Shown here: piece after piece, positions 10,032 through 19,702 of the stretch
Layout: every line of letters begins with the position of its first letter
Position numbering within the stretch: position 1 is the stretch's first letter
Assembly (NCBI GenBank): GCA_038231435.1
Contig: JBBRLJ010000011.1
Span: 55,721-119,720 of the forward strand
DNA from: Planctomycetota bacterium
GTDB lineage: Bacteria; Planctomycetota; UBA11346
Length of the DNA: 64,000 nt
Direction of reading: 5' to 3'
Made by a program: the position numbers and the translations under genes
Notes under the pieces: generated by a model
What the model was told of the DNA's origin: nothing
Databases searched by the model: none
What the model saw: only the letters and a program-made list of their open reading frames with translations

Positions 10032-10107
10032 CCCGCCTGCAAGGTTGCACCCGCGCGTGCCGGCGCGACACTCCGCGCTCGCCATTCGCCTCCGTCTCGT
10101 GGCGGCG

Positions 10108-11370
10108 ATGACACCGGAGTCCCGCACGATGCTGCTGCCCGCCAATCGCCGTCGCGTCGTGATCACCGGCATGGACGCCTTGTCGTGCCTGGGCTCCACG
10201 CTCGACGACATCTCCTCGTCGCTGCGCCATGGCAAGCCCGGCATCGTGATCAGCGAGGAACGCGTCCAGCTCGGCTTCCGCTCGCCGCTCACCGGAATGA
10301 TCGCGCCGGTGGACGCTGCCGCGCACTTCGCCCGCAAGGAGCGCAAGAGCATGGGCGAGACGGCGCTGTACGCGGCGGTCACCGCCAAGCGCGCCATCGC
10401 CATGTCCGGCTGCGCTGCCGCTCTCGCCAGTGACCGCGCCGGCGTGATATACGGCAACGATTCCTGTGCCGACCCGATCGAGGAGGTGCTGACCACCGTG
10501 CGCCGCGAGAAGAGCACCGGCTCGCTCGGCTCGGACAAGGTGATCAAGGCGCTCAACTCGACCCCGACCATCAACCTCGGGCCGATGCTCGGCACGCGCG
10601 GCATCAGCATGACGGTGAGCGGCGCCTGCGCTTCGGGCGCCCACGCCATCGGCTGGTCGTGGATGCTCATCGCGAGCGGCATGCAGGACGTGATCGTCAC
10701 CGGAGGCTCGCAGGAGCTGTGCTGGCAGAGCATGGCCGCCTTCGACGGCCTGCGCGTGTTCTCGATGCGACTCGATGAGCCTGGCAAATCGGTGCGGCCG
10801 TTCGACCGCGACCGCGACGGCCTGGTGCCATCCGGCGGCGCGGCGAGCCTGGTGCTCGAGGACTACGAGCACGCCAAGCGCCGCGGGGCGCCGATCATCG
10901 CCGAGGTGCTGTCCTACGCCTTCAGCTCCGATGGCAGCCACATGACCTCGGGCGACGGGCTCGGCGCCGCCAGGGCGATGCGCGGCGCGCTCGATGCGGC
11001 TGGACTGAAGCCGGGCGACATCGACTACATCAATGCCCACGCCACCGCGACCGAGGCCGGCGACGCCGCCGAGGCCGAGGCCATCTACGCGGTGTTCGGC
11101 GCCGACGGCCCGCCGGTGTCCTCGACCAAGTCGCTCACCGGCCACGAATGCTGGATGGCTGGCGCGAGCGAGGCGCTGTATTCGCTGCTGATGATGAAGG
11201 GCTCGTTCATCGCGCCCAACGCCAACTACGAGAACCAGGATCCCAAGCTGCCGCGCATCAACATCGCGCCCAAGCCGGTCGAAAACGTGAAGCTGCGTAC
11301 CGTGCTGTCGAACAGCTTCGGTTTCGGCGGCACCAATGCGTGCCTCATCCTGAGGGCGGTGGAGGAGTGA
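10108..11370 (+). CDS. Beta-ketoacyl-ACP synthase (FabB/F-type KS)
   Basis: SGACASG catalytic Cys, YINAHAT, TGHECW, SNSFGFGGTN. Confidence 0.95.
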   Translation: MTPESRTMLLPANRRRVVITGMDALSCLGSTLDDISSSLRHGKPGIVISEERVQLGFRSPLTGMIAPVDAAAHFARKERKSMGETALYAAVTAKRAIAMSGCAAALASDRAGVIYGNDSCADPIEEVLTTVRREKSTGSLGSDKVIKALNSTPTINLGPMLGTRGISMTVSGACASGAHAIGWSWMLIASGMQDVIVTGGSQELCWQSMAAFDGLRVFSMRLDEPGKSVRPFDRDRDGLVPSGGAASLVLEDYEHAKRRGAPIIAEVLSYAFSSDGSHMTSGDGLGAARAMRGALDAAGLKPGDIDYINAHATATEAGDAAEAEAIYAVFGADGPPVSSTKSLTGHECWMAGASEALYSLLMMKGSFIAPNANYENQDPKLPRINIAPKPVENVKLRTVLSNSFGFGGTNACLILRAVEE

Positions 11371-11512
11371 CGGACCGTCCGTCACCAGATCGTCCGTCAT
11401 CGCGTCGACCGTCGTTCGTCGTCGATGACAGTCTCCGTTCTCGCGCCCACCGGATCGACGTCCCTGAGTCGTCCTGCGACAGACGACGGACCACGCGACG
11501 ACGGACTGCCTG

Positions 11513-13051
11513 ATGACCCCCGGCAAAGCCGTCATCATCGGCTCCGGCCTCAGCGGCTTGACCAGCGCCGTGCTGCTCGCCGAGCACGGCTGGCAGGTGA
11601 CGGTGCTCGAGGCGCACGCGATCCCGGGTGGGCTGATGCAGCGCTTCCGGCGCGGGCCGTACTGGTTCGATACCGGCTTCCATTTCATCACCGGTTCCGA
11701 TCCGGGCGGCATCTTCCGCCGCATCGCCAAGCGGCTCGGCATCCTCGAGGGTATGCGCTTCCTGCCGCTCGACGTCGATGCGCAGTACCGCATCCACATC
11801 CCCGGCGAGCCGGCATTCGATTTTCCGGTCGGTCTCGACGCCAGCGCGCACGCGCTCTGCGCGCGCTGGCCGGACCAGGCATCAGCCATCCATCGTTTCT
11901 TCGCCCAGCTGATGGGCGCAATGGGCGCGACCCAATGGCTCGATATCATCGTGCCCGCAGGCACGCCCGCGCCCGAGGTCGACGCACACGGCTCGATCAG
12001 CGCGATCCTCGACCACTGCGGCGTCTCCGGCCGCGCCAAGCAGGTCATCGGCTGCCTGGCTTCGATCCTGGCGATGAAGCCCGAGCGCTGTCCCCTCGAT
12101 CTCTACGCCGGTTTCGCCGGCACCGCGCTCGCCGGCTCATGGCGCGCCGAGGGCGGCGGCGAGGCCATCACCGCTCCGTTGGTCGGTCGCCTGCGCGCGC
12201 TCGGCGGGCGACTCGCGCTGCGCCGCGGCGCTACCCGCATCCATTGGAGCGACCGCGCTGTCACCGGTGTCGAGGACGAACGCGGCGAGTTGCACGCCTG
12301 CGACCTGTGCATCGCCACCTGCCACCCGGCCGAGACCCTGCGCCTGACCGGCGCCGACGGTTTCCGGCCAGGCCTCGCCGAACGCATCCGCGACACCCCG
12401 GACTCCGACAGCGCGGTGCTGGTCTATGCCGCGCTCGACCGCGCGCCGCTGGCGCTCGGCCGCCGCCACCATTTCGCGCGCCTCGGCAACCGCGAAGCGG
12501 ACCTCGGCGACGTGTATTACCTGGCGCCGAGCAACTTCCATGAGACCGAGGCCGAGCAGCGCGATCATCCCTACCTGGAAGCGATGCTGTGGGTGCCATG
12601 CGACAGCGTCGCCGCCTGGAGCGCTTCGCGACGCGGCGCGCGGCCAGCGGAATACGCAGCCTGGAAGGCCGAGCGCGAGCGCGAGATCCTCGAGACCGTG
12701 ACCCGCATCCATCCCGAGATCGCCGGTACCATCACCCGCACCTGGTCGTCATCGCCGCTGACGGTGCGGTTCTACACCGGATCGCGCAATGGCGCGGCGA
12801 TGGGCCTATCGCACGACATCGGCCATCTCGGCACCGAGCCGATGCAGCGCCGCAACCGTCTCAAGAACCTGTGCTTCGCCGGGCAGTCGATCGGCCATCC
12901 GGGCGTGGTCGGCACCATGATCGGCGCGTTCATCCTGCTCGAGAACATCCTGGGCGAGGATCTGCGCGCACAGGTGATGGCCGGTACCGGACCGGCCGCC
13001 CGGCCCCCCGACTCACGGCCCGATCAGCACGCCAGCACCGCGACGCCGTAG
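11513..13051 (+). CDS. FAD-dependent oxidoreductase, phytoene desaturase (CrtI-like) family
   Basis: IIGSGLSGL Rossmann motif, PGG...FDTGFH, SPLT..YTG...GA.G, NLCFAGQS...PGV. Confidence 0.9.
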   Translation: MTPGKAVIIGSGLSGLTSAVLLAEHGWQVTVLEAHAIPGGLMQRFRRGPYWFDTGFHFITGSDPGGIFRRIAKRLGILEGMRFLPLDVDAQYRIHIPGEPAFDFPVGLDASAHALCARWPDQASAIHRFFAQLMGAMGATQWLDIIVPAGTPAPEVDAHGSISAILDHCGVSGRAKQVIGCLASILAMKPERCPLDLYAGFAGTALAGSWRAEGGGEAITAPLVGRLRALGGRLALRRGATRIHWSDRAVTGVEDERGELHACDLCIATCHPAETLRLTGADGFRPGLAERIRDTPDSDSAVLVYAALDRAPLALGRRHHFARLGNREADLGDVYYLAPSNFHETEAEQRDHPYLEAMLWVPCDSVAAWSASRRGARPAEYAAWKAEREREILETVTRIHPEIAGTITRTWSSSPLTVRFYTGSRNGAAMGLSHDIGHLGTEPMQRRNRLKNLCFAGQSIGHPGVVGTMIGAFILLENILGEDLRAQVMAGTGPAARPPDSRPDQHASTATP

Positions 13052-14991
13052 GCGCCCAGCACCACGCGACCGCCCGATAGCTCGCCGAGCAGCGCCTTCG
13101 CGCCCGCTGGAGCCGCGACATCCTTGGTCTCCTCGGTGTGGTTCACCAGGAACAGCAGCCGTCGGCCCGCGCCTTCGCGCACCGACGCCTCGACGCCCGC
13201 GGGCGGCTTCACCAGCGCCACGATGTCGGCCTTGCCCAGGGCATCGGCGACCACCGCGTCGTGGAACGCCTCCTCCTTGATATTGGCGGCGATGTAATAA
13301 CCCCAGCCCGAGCCATGGCGATTGCGCGTCGCGGCCGCGAACGCGCGCATGTGCCAGGGCTCGTAGCGCACCAGGGTCTCGGCGGTCACGGGCGTCGCCC
13401 AATCGGTGAAGCAGTCGGCCGTGAATGTGCCGGGCAGCGTCTCGGTGCCGACCAGGGCGTAGCTGATGCCGCCCGCGAGGCTCTCGTATTCCTCGATGCT
13501 GATGCCGAGCGCCTCGCTCAACAGGCCCGGCAAGGTGCGCTCGTGGCAGCGGTCGTGCTCATCCTTCACACCTGAGCGGATGCCGGTGACGAGCGTGCCG
13601 CCGGCCTTCACGAATGCGCCGAGCTGACGCGCCAGCACATCGGGCATGACGTGCAGCTCGGAAGCGACCACCATACGGTACCCTGAGAGGTCCTGGCCCG
13701 GGCGGATCATGTCGACATTGATGCCGGCGCGCAGCAGCGCCGCTTGCCACAGCTTCATCTGGCCATGCCAGTTGTTCTCGCTGAAGCTCTTCTGGAAGCG
13801 CGTCGCCCAGATGCTGTCGTAGTCGTAGACGATCGCGACCTGGGCCTTCACCGTGGTGCCCTCGAGCTGCGGCCACAGCGCGTGGAGATCCTTGGCGGTC
13901 TGTGCGGCCTCGCGATAGCGGCGGCCTGGCTTGCCGTCGTGCCCGATCAGCCCGTGCCAGTACTGCTCGCGGCCCACCGTGCAGGTGCGCCAACGGAACC
14001 ACACCATGCCGTCGGCGCCGTGCGCCACCTGCTGCATCGCCACCTTGCGCAGCTCGCCCGGCCGGACATTGCGCCCGAACTCGCCCCAGCCGCACGGGCC
14101 CGCGGTCTGCTCCATGATCCAGAAGTTCCTGCGCTTGAGGCCGCGCATCACGTCGGCGGCGCCAGCGGCGTCGTACGGGATCTCGGGCTTGCCCCACACC
14201 GGATAGTTGTCCCAGCTGACGAAGTCGAGATCGCTGGCCAGGTCGTAGTAGTCGAGATCGCTGTGATAGCCCATGAAGTTGTGGGTGATGAAGTGCTTCG
14301 GGCAGGTCTTGCGCAGGATGCGCACCTGGTCGCGCTGGAAGCGCACATTCAGCCACGACCCGTATCGCTGCCAATCCAAGAGCAGGCCGGGATTGTGCGC
14401 GTTCGGATCGTCGGGGATCTGGATCTCGCTCCACTCGGCGTAGGTGTGGCCCCAGAAATGCGTGCCCCACGCCGCGTTCAGATTGGTGAGGGTCGTGTGT
14501 TTGGCGCGCAGCCAATCGTGGAAATCGGCGCGGCAGGTCGGGCACGAGCACGGATTGTTGCCGAACTCGTTGTCGGTCTGCCAGCCGATGACGTGGGGAT
14601 TCGCGGCGTAGCGCTCGGCCATAGCCGCAGTCACGCGCTCAGAGAGCAGGCGGTGCGCGCCAGAGGTGAAGCACAGGTGCTTGCGCACGCCCCAGACCAT
14701 GCGCTGGCCGGTGGGCTTCATCGCCATGGTCTCGGGATACTTGCGCGCCATCCACGCCGGCGTCACCGCCGTCGGGGTGCCCAGGATCACGCGCAGCCCC
14801 TGTTCGCCGAGCACCGCGATCGCCTCGTCGAGCCAGGCGAATTCGTAGCGCCCTTCCTCAGGCTCCATGGCCGCCCAGGCGAATTCCGCGAGCCGCACCA
14901 CGTTGAACCCGGCCTGCTTCATCAGCAGCGCGGACGGCTTCCAGGTCTCGCGGGGCCAGTGTTCGGGATAGTAGTCGACGCCGATGTGCAT
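13024..14991 (-). CDS. Beta-galactosidase, GH42
   Basis: GVDYYPEHW, RLAEFAW, WQTDNEF, FWIMEQ, FRWR, EQYWHG. Confidence 0.95.
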   Translation of the reverse strand: MHIGVDYYPEHWPRETWKPSALLMKQAGFNVVRLAEFAWAAMEPEEGRYEFAWLDEAIAVLGEQGLRVILGTPTAVTPAWMARKYPETMAMKPTGQRMVWGVRKHLCFTSGAHRLLSERVTAAMAERYAANPHVIGWQTDNEFGNNPCSCPTCRADFHDWLRAKHTTLTNLNAAWGTHFWGHTYAEWSEIQIPDDPNAHNPGLLLDWQRYGSWLNVRFQRDQVRILRKTCPKHFITHNFMGYHSDLDYYDLASDLDFVSWDNYPVWGKPEIPYDAAGAADVMRGLKRRNFWIMEQTAGPCGWGEFGRNVRPGELRKVAMQQVAHGADGMVWFRWRTCTVGREQYWHGLIGHDGKPGRRYREAAQTAKDLHALWPQLEGTTVKAQVAIVYDYDSIWATRFQKSFSENNWHGQMKLWQAALLRAGINVDMIRPGQDLSGYRMVVASELHVMPDVLARQLGAFVKAGGTLVTGIRSGVKDEHDRCHERTLPGLLSEALGISIEEYESLAGGISYALVGTETLPGTFTADCFTDWATPVTAETLVRYEPWHMRAFAAATRNRHGSGWGYYIAANIKEEAFHDAVVADALGKADIVALVKPPAGVEASVREGAGRRLLFLVNHTEETKDVAAPAGAKALLGELSGGRVVLGAYGVAVLAC

Positions 14992-15198
14992 GGAGCCTCC
15001 GTGCGCGCTCGCGCGCGAGGAGGCTGTGTATCAGCCGGCGGCGCCGCGCCAAATGGCGCGATGCATCGACGCGCGTCGCTGAGTGCGTGACCTCCCTCGC
15101 GGGTCGGCGCCGAACTTCCCGCCGATCTCTCGCCGATCTCCCACCGATAGTCCGCGTGCGCTTGCCGTAGAGAAACCACCGGCTCGGTCGGGAGTCGT

Positions 15199-16899
15199 CT
15201 ACTTCGTCGTCTCGCGCGACAACTGTTCGAGCCGCTCGCGGTCCGAACGGTACGCCGGCTGCAGGGTCTTCGCGCGCTCGAGCAGCTCGCGTCGTCGCGC
15301 CGGATCAGCGTTCGCCTGCGCGGCCAGCGCATTGGCCTCGAAGCCGTTCGGGTTCAGCTCGAGCAGCCGCGTCGCGTCCGCGCCCGCCTGAGCGGCGTCG
15401 TGCCTGCGCAACGCGCCGAGACAGTCCTCCTTGATGCGCAGGTATTCGTCCGCGTGCGCCTCCTCGAAATCGAGCTCGGGATCGGACGGCAGCGATAGAT
15501 CCTCGCCCAACGGGCCATCGAGCCCGAAGGCGCGCGCGCGACCGAGCCCGTGCGACGGCTCACATACCCACACCACGCCGGCGCTGACATCGGCGATGAC
15601 CAGGTGCGCGCCGATCCAGGCGTTGATGGTGCTGCGATTTCCGAATCCGACATCTGCGCCGCCAGCGCCGGTGTGGTCGCGGCAGATCGCCAGCAGGGAT
15701 GCCGGATCGTGCGTCGGGCGGGCGAGAAGCAGTTCCTCTGCGCGCCGGTAGCGCGCCGCGGTGGTGCTCGAGGCGATGCGCTCGGCGTTGGCCTTGTCGG
15801 TGGCCCAGGTGGCAGTGAGGAAGTGGTTGGTCAGCACCAGGTGGTCGTCGGCCATCTCGCGCACGCCCATCCCGTGCGGCCCGCTCTCGGCGACCACCAC
15901 GCGGTTCTCGAGCGCGCTGGCGAGCAACACGCCGTCGGAGACGAACACGTTCGCCGCCTTCACCACCGCCAGCGCCTCATCGATGGTCGCGCAGCGTTCG
16001 AGGATCTGGCGCACCACCATGACGATCGGTCGGCCGCAGAAATGCTGGCCCTCGGTGGCCGCCGCATTCAGGCTGACCCAGATGCCCGCGTCGTTGAGCC
16101 CGGTGACCGCTCCGGCCATGCCGCCCCAGGCCACCGACAGGAAGCGGTGCGACACGCGGCCGTCCTTCTCGCCGTACGGGGAGACGGTGTAGACGATCTT
16201 GTCGAGGTCGAAGCAGCGCCCGCCCTCGAAGTCGAAGAGCCGGCCGACCAGCACGTGGCCGTCGACGCTGCGCGCGCCCTTCACCGCCACCGCGGTGCAG
16301 CCGACCTGCGGCGGATGCACCAGGGGATTGTCGATCAGGTACTGGCTGATGTCGTGCAACGCGTGGTACTGCAGGCCGCGCGCGTACGACGGGCTCACCG
16401 CCAGGAACGGATCGTGCCAGGCGCCATGGCCAGCGGTGATCGCGCTGATCTCGCGCAGCTCGTCGGCGGTGAAATTGTCGTCGAGATGGCGGTTGTTCCA
16501 GTTGACGAAGCCGAGCAGCAGGTGGCGCGCCGCGAACGACGGCACGCGCTCGGTGAACACGCCCATCATGTCGGTCTCGATGCGCGCCACGCGATCGCCG
16601 ACCAGCACGCCCTGTGCGTAGCCGAAATCCTCGTGGCGACCCTCGAGATGCACATGGATCAGCTCGCCGATCTGTTCGCGGTAGCACGCGCCGGCAACGG
16701 TGCGGCCCCCCTGCTCGACCGGTTCGACCAGCGCGTTGAGCGTGAAGCGCGGCGCCGAGCGCGCGGCGAGCACCATGCCGAGCGCCGGGAATCCCAGGCC
16801 GAGCCACGCCACCGACAGCAGCGAGAGCGCGCCGGTCCAGCGCCCGATCCTCGCCAGGATGCGCTGTCCGTGCATCGCCGTGCCGTCGTCCGTGGCCAT
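15199..16899 (-). CDS. C45-family autoproteolytic acyltransferase/hydrolase (Ntn fold) with N-terminal TM anchor and C-terminal TPR-like helices
   Basis: HDI...GCTAVAV (Cys nucleophile), GRLFDF, TGLNDAG, TNHF, RYRR. Confidence 0.85.
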   Translation of the reverse strand: MATDDGTAMHGQRILARIGRWTGALSLLSVAWLGLGFPALGMVLAARSAPRFTLNALVEPVEQGGRTVAGACYREQIGELIHVHLEGRHEDFGYAQGVLVGDRVARIETDMMGVFTERVPSFAARHLLLGFVNWNNRHLDDNFTADELREISAITAGHGAWHDPFLAVSPSYARGLQYHALHDISQYLIDNPLVHPPQVGCTAVAVKGARSVDGHVLVGRLFDFEGGRCFDLDKIVYTVSPYGEKDGRVSHRFLSVAWGGMAGAVTGLNDAGIWVSLNAAATEGQHFCGRPIVMVVRQILERCATIDEALAVVKAANVFVSDGVLLASALENRVVVAESGPHGMGVREMADDHLVLTNHFLTATWATDKANAERIASSTTAARYRRAEELLLARPTHDPASLLAICRDHTGAGGADVGFGNRSTINAWIGAHLVIADVSAGVVWVCEPSHGLGRARAFGLDGPLGEDLSLPSDPELDFEEAHADEYLRIKEDCLGALRRHDAAQAGADATRLLELNPNGFEANALAAQANADPARRRELLERAKTLQPAYRSDRERLEQLSRETTK

Positions 16900-17003
16900 G
16901 CGGACAGGGTGATCGCGCAGGCGCGCCAGCAAGCGGCGTCAGCACGCGCGCGCCACCGGCCGCACGCTCCTGGCCCGTTCGCGGCCTCGGGCTAGTCTGG
17001 GGC

Positions 17004-17816
17004 ATGCGCGGGCACCTGTTCGTAGACGTGCCCCTGGTCGCCGCCGCGATCAGCCTGTACCCCGCGTATGGCCTCGCTCCTGTGGCGGGCCTGGCTGGGG
17101 CCGCCGCCGCGATCCACGCCTGGGCGGTCACGGATCCGCGCTGCAGCCTCTACCTGCCGGTGTGGTGGCGCCTACCTGTCGACGCACCGGGCTGCGCCTT
17201 GACCTTCGACGACGGCCCCAATCCCGAGGTCACGCCGCGGCTGCTCGATGCGCTGGCCGCGATCGGGCAGCAGGCGACCTTCTTCGTGATCGGCAGCCAC
17301 GTGCGACGGCACCCGGAGCTTATCCGGCGCATGGTGTCCGAAGGCCACGCCGTCGGCCTGCACTCGGATACCCACAGCCGCCTGTTCAACTGCTGGCCTC
17401 CTGGCCGCGTCCGGCGCGACCTCGAAGCTTGCGCCGCTGCGATCGCCGATGCCGCGGGCATTCCGCCGCCGCGCCTGTTCCGCCCGCCCGTCGGCCTGAA
17501 GAATCCGATCGTCGGATGGGTCGCGGGCTGCATGGACCTGGTCGCCGTCACCTGGACCGCCCGCGGCCGCGACACCGGCTCTGCCAGCGCCCAGACCGTA
17601 CGCGCGCGCCTCGAACGCGGACTCGTCAGGCGTGGGATCATGGTCATGCACGACGGCCATGAACCAGGCCGCGCCGGCGCCCGCGCGACCTGCCTCGAGG
17701 TCGTCCGCCTGCTCGACGCACCGCTGCGCGAGCGCAACCTGCGCAGCCTGCCCCTTGTCGCCGTGACCAAGGGCCTGGCTCTACGCACTGATACGGTGGC
17801 ACTCGCGGAGCCATGA
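17004..17816 (+). CDS. Polysaccharide deacetylase (NodB/CE4)
   Basis: LTFDDGP, ATFFVIG, HSDTH, FRPPVG, VMHD. Confidence 0.92.
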   Translation: MRGHLFVDVPLVAAAISLYPAYGLAPVAGLAGAAAAIHAWAVTDPRCSLYLPVWWRLPVDAPGCALTFDDGPNPEVTPRLLDALAAIGQQATFFVIGSHVRRHPELIRRMVSEGHAVGLHSDTHSRLFNCWPPGRVRRDLEACAAAIADAAGIPPPRLFRPPVGLKNPIVGWVAGCMDLVAVTWTARGRDTGSASAQTVRARLERGLVRRGIMVMHDGHEPGRAGARATCLEVVRLLDAPLRERNLRSLPLVAVTKGLALRTDTVALAEP

Positions 17817-17818
17817 CC

Positions 17819-17898
17819 ACGCAGCGTCGGTGGCTGCGGTAGGCACAGCGGCGAAGCCGCTCATGGGCATGCACAGCGGCGAAGCCGCTCATGGCCGT
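17819..17898. repeat. Palindromic element related to 6933-7180, containing a 24-bp direct repeat (17843-17866, 17871-17894)
   Basis: cgcagcgtcggt ... (gcacagcggcgaagccgctcatgg)x2 ... ccgt. Confidence 0.8.
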
Positions 17899-18660
17899 CT
17901 AGAACGTCAGCCACTCCTTGGGCAGCAGGAGCATCGTTCCACCGAGGCCCGTCAGCGTCAGCACGATCCACTCGAAGCCCTTCTGCGGGATGCGCGCGTA
18001 GATCCAGCGGCCGCTCAACGCCCCGGCGATCACCCCCGCGACCACGCACAGGTCGACGCGCAGCGTCGCCCAGGTGATGATCGGCTCGTCGAGTGCGAGA
18101 TACGCCGGGACCTTGGCGAGATTGACGATCAGGAAGTACCATGCGCCGGTGCCCATGAACTGGTCCTTCGGCAGCGCCATGCTCAACAGGTACACGTTCA
18201 TGACCGGGCCAGCGGCATTGGCGACGGTGGTGGCGAAGCCGGCCACCAGCCCGAACACCGCGGCGCGGCGCCAATCAGGGCCAATGGCGACGTCGGGCGT
18301 ACGCTTGCGCACCAGGTGCATGGCGATCATGCCGAGCACGATCGTGCCGATCATGAAGCGGAAGGTGTCGTCCGACAGCCGGCCCATGATCAGCCAGCCC
18401 ACCACGCCGCCAGCAAGCACCCATGGGAACAGCCGCCACAGTGCCCACACGCTGGCGTGGCGGCGGTAGTACCACACCGCGAACAGGTCGGCGGCGCAGA
18501 GCAGTGGCAGCAAGGTCCCCGAGGCCAAACGCCCCTGACCGACCACCAGCACCATCAGCGGCACCACCATGATGCCAAGGCCCGGCACACCGGTCTTGGC
18601 CATGCCGACCAGCACCGCGCAGAATGCGGCGAGCGCCCACTGCCAGGGTTCAAGGTGCAT
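17899..18660 (-). CDS. Sulfite exporter TauE/SafE family membrane protein
   Basis: GMAKTGVPG, LLPLL..AD, ANAAGP, FMGTGAWYF, multiple TM segments. Confidence 0.88.
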   Translation of the reverse strand: MHLEPWQWALAAFCAVLVGMAKTGVPGLGIMVVPLMVLVVGQGRLASGTLLPLLCAADLFAVWYYRRHASVWALWRLFPWVLAGGVVGWLIMGRLSDDTFRFMIGTIVLGMIAMHLVRKRTPDVAIGPDWRRAAVFGLVAGFATTVANAAGPVMNVYLLSMALPKDQFMGTGAWYFLIVNLAKVPAYLALDEPIITWATLRVDLCVVAGVIAGALSGRWIYARIPQKGFEWIVLTLTGLGGTMLLLPKEWLTF

Positions 18661-18757
18661 CAGCGGGATTGCATCAGCGTGATTGGCGACGCAGCGTCGT
18701 GCCGTGCGCGCCGTAGCGCGCCGACGGGATCCGCCGCTCGCCACGACCGGACATGGG

Positions 18758-19657
18758 CTACAGCTCCGGATCGCGGCCGGTGAGCAGCCGGAAGGCCTCG
18801 ACGTATTTGGCTCGCGTGCGCTGGATGACGTCCTCGGGCAGCTCGATGCCGGCGCCGTTCTTGTCGAATTTCACCGACTCGAGGTAATCGCGGACGTATT
18901 GCTTGTCGAAGCTGTTCTGGACCTTGCCTGCGCTGTATTGCGCGGCGGGCCAGAAGCGGCTCGAGTCCGGAGTGAGCACCTCGTCAGCGAGGATCACCGA
19001 GCCTGATTTGTCGGTGCCGAACTCGAACTTGGTATCGGCGATGATGATGCCGCGCGTCGCGGCGTAGTCGCGCGCCTTGCTGTAGAGTTGGATCGACTTG
19101 TTGCGCATCTGGTCGGCGAAACCCTGGCCGATCAGGCTCGCGGCCTGATCGGGGTGGATGTTGACGTCGTGCTTGCCGAGCTCGGCCTTGGTCGACGGCG
19201 TGAACAGCGGCTCGGGCAGCTTCGAGCTCTCGGTCAGCCCCGGGGGCAGCTGAATGTCGCAAACCGTGCCCTTGACCTTGTACTCCTTCAGGCCCGAGCC
19301 GGTGAGGTAGCCGCGCACGATCGCCTCGACCGGCAGGATGGTGAGCCGCTGCACCATCATCGTCCGGCCCTGCAGCTGGTCGCGGTACTTCTGCACCACC
19401 GCCGGCATCTTCGCCAGGTCGGAGGTCACCAGGTGGTTGGGGCCGATGTCCTTGAGCAGGTCGAACCAGAACAGGCTCAGCTGGGTGAGGATCTTGCCCT
19501 TCCCCGGAATGCCGTTGGTCATGACCACGTCGAAGGCGCTGATGCGATCGCTGGCGACGAACAGCAGATGCTGCGCATCGAGCTCGTAGACGTCGCGCAC
19601 CTTGCCGCGCGCGAGCAGTTTCAGATCGGGACAGTGGCTGGTGACGACGGCTTGCAT
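18758..19657 (-). CDS. purC: SAICAR synthetase
   Basis: RGKVRDVY, SDRISAFD, FTPSTKA, IIADTKFEFG, DEVLTPDSSRFW, DKQYVRDYL. Confidence 0.97.
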   Translation of the reverse strand: MQAVVTSHCPDLKLLARGKVRDVYELDAQHLLFVASDRISAFDVVMTNGIPGKGKILTQLSLFWFDLLKDIGPNHLVTSDLAKMPAVVQKYRDQLQGRTMMVQRLTILPVEAIVRGYLTGSGLKEYKVKGTVCDIQLPPGLTESSKLPEPLFTPSTKAELGKHDVNIHPDQAASLIGQGFADQMRNKSIQLYSKARDYAATRGIIIADTKFEFGTDKSGSVILADEVLTPDSSRFWPAAQYSAGKVQNSFDKQYVRDYLESVKFDKNGAGIELPEDVIQRTRAKYVEAFRLLTGRDPEL

Positions 19658-19702
19658 GCGGTCTCCGGATGTCTTTCTGAGTTTTCTACAGGATCGCGGA
19701 CG

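Noticed and set aside
9048..12048. Long antisense ORFs (9048-10787, 9826-12048) and similar ones such as 22728-24326, 29093-30949, 34695-36380 and 60123-61688
   Set aside because: Shadow ORFs opposite well-supported genes, expected in high-GC DNA with strong codon bias.
11513..13051. Carotenoid biosynthesis (crtI)
   Set aside because: No phytoene synthase or other crt genes nearby; the context is ACP/KS-based lipid synthesis.
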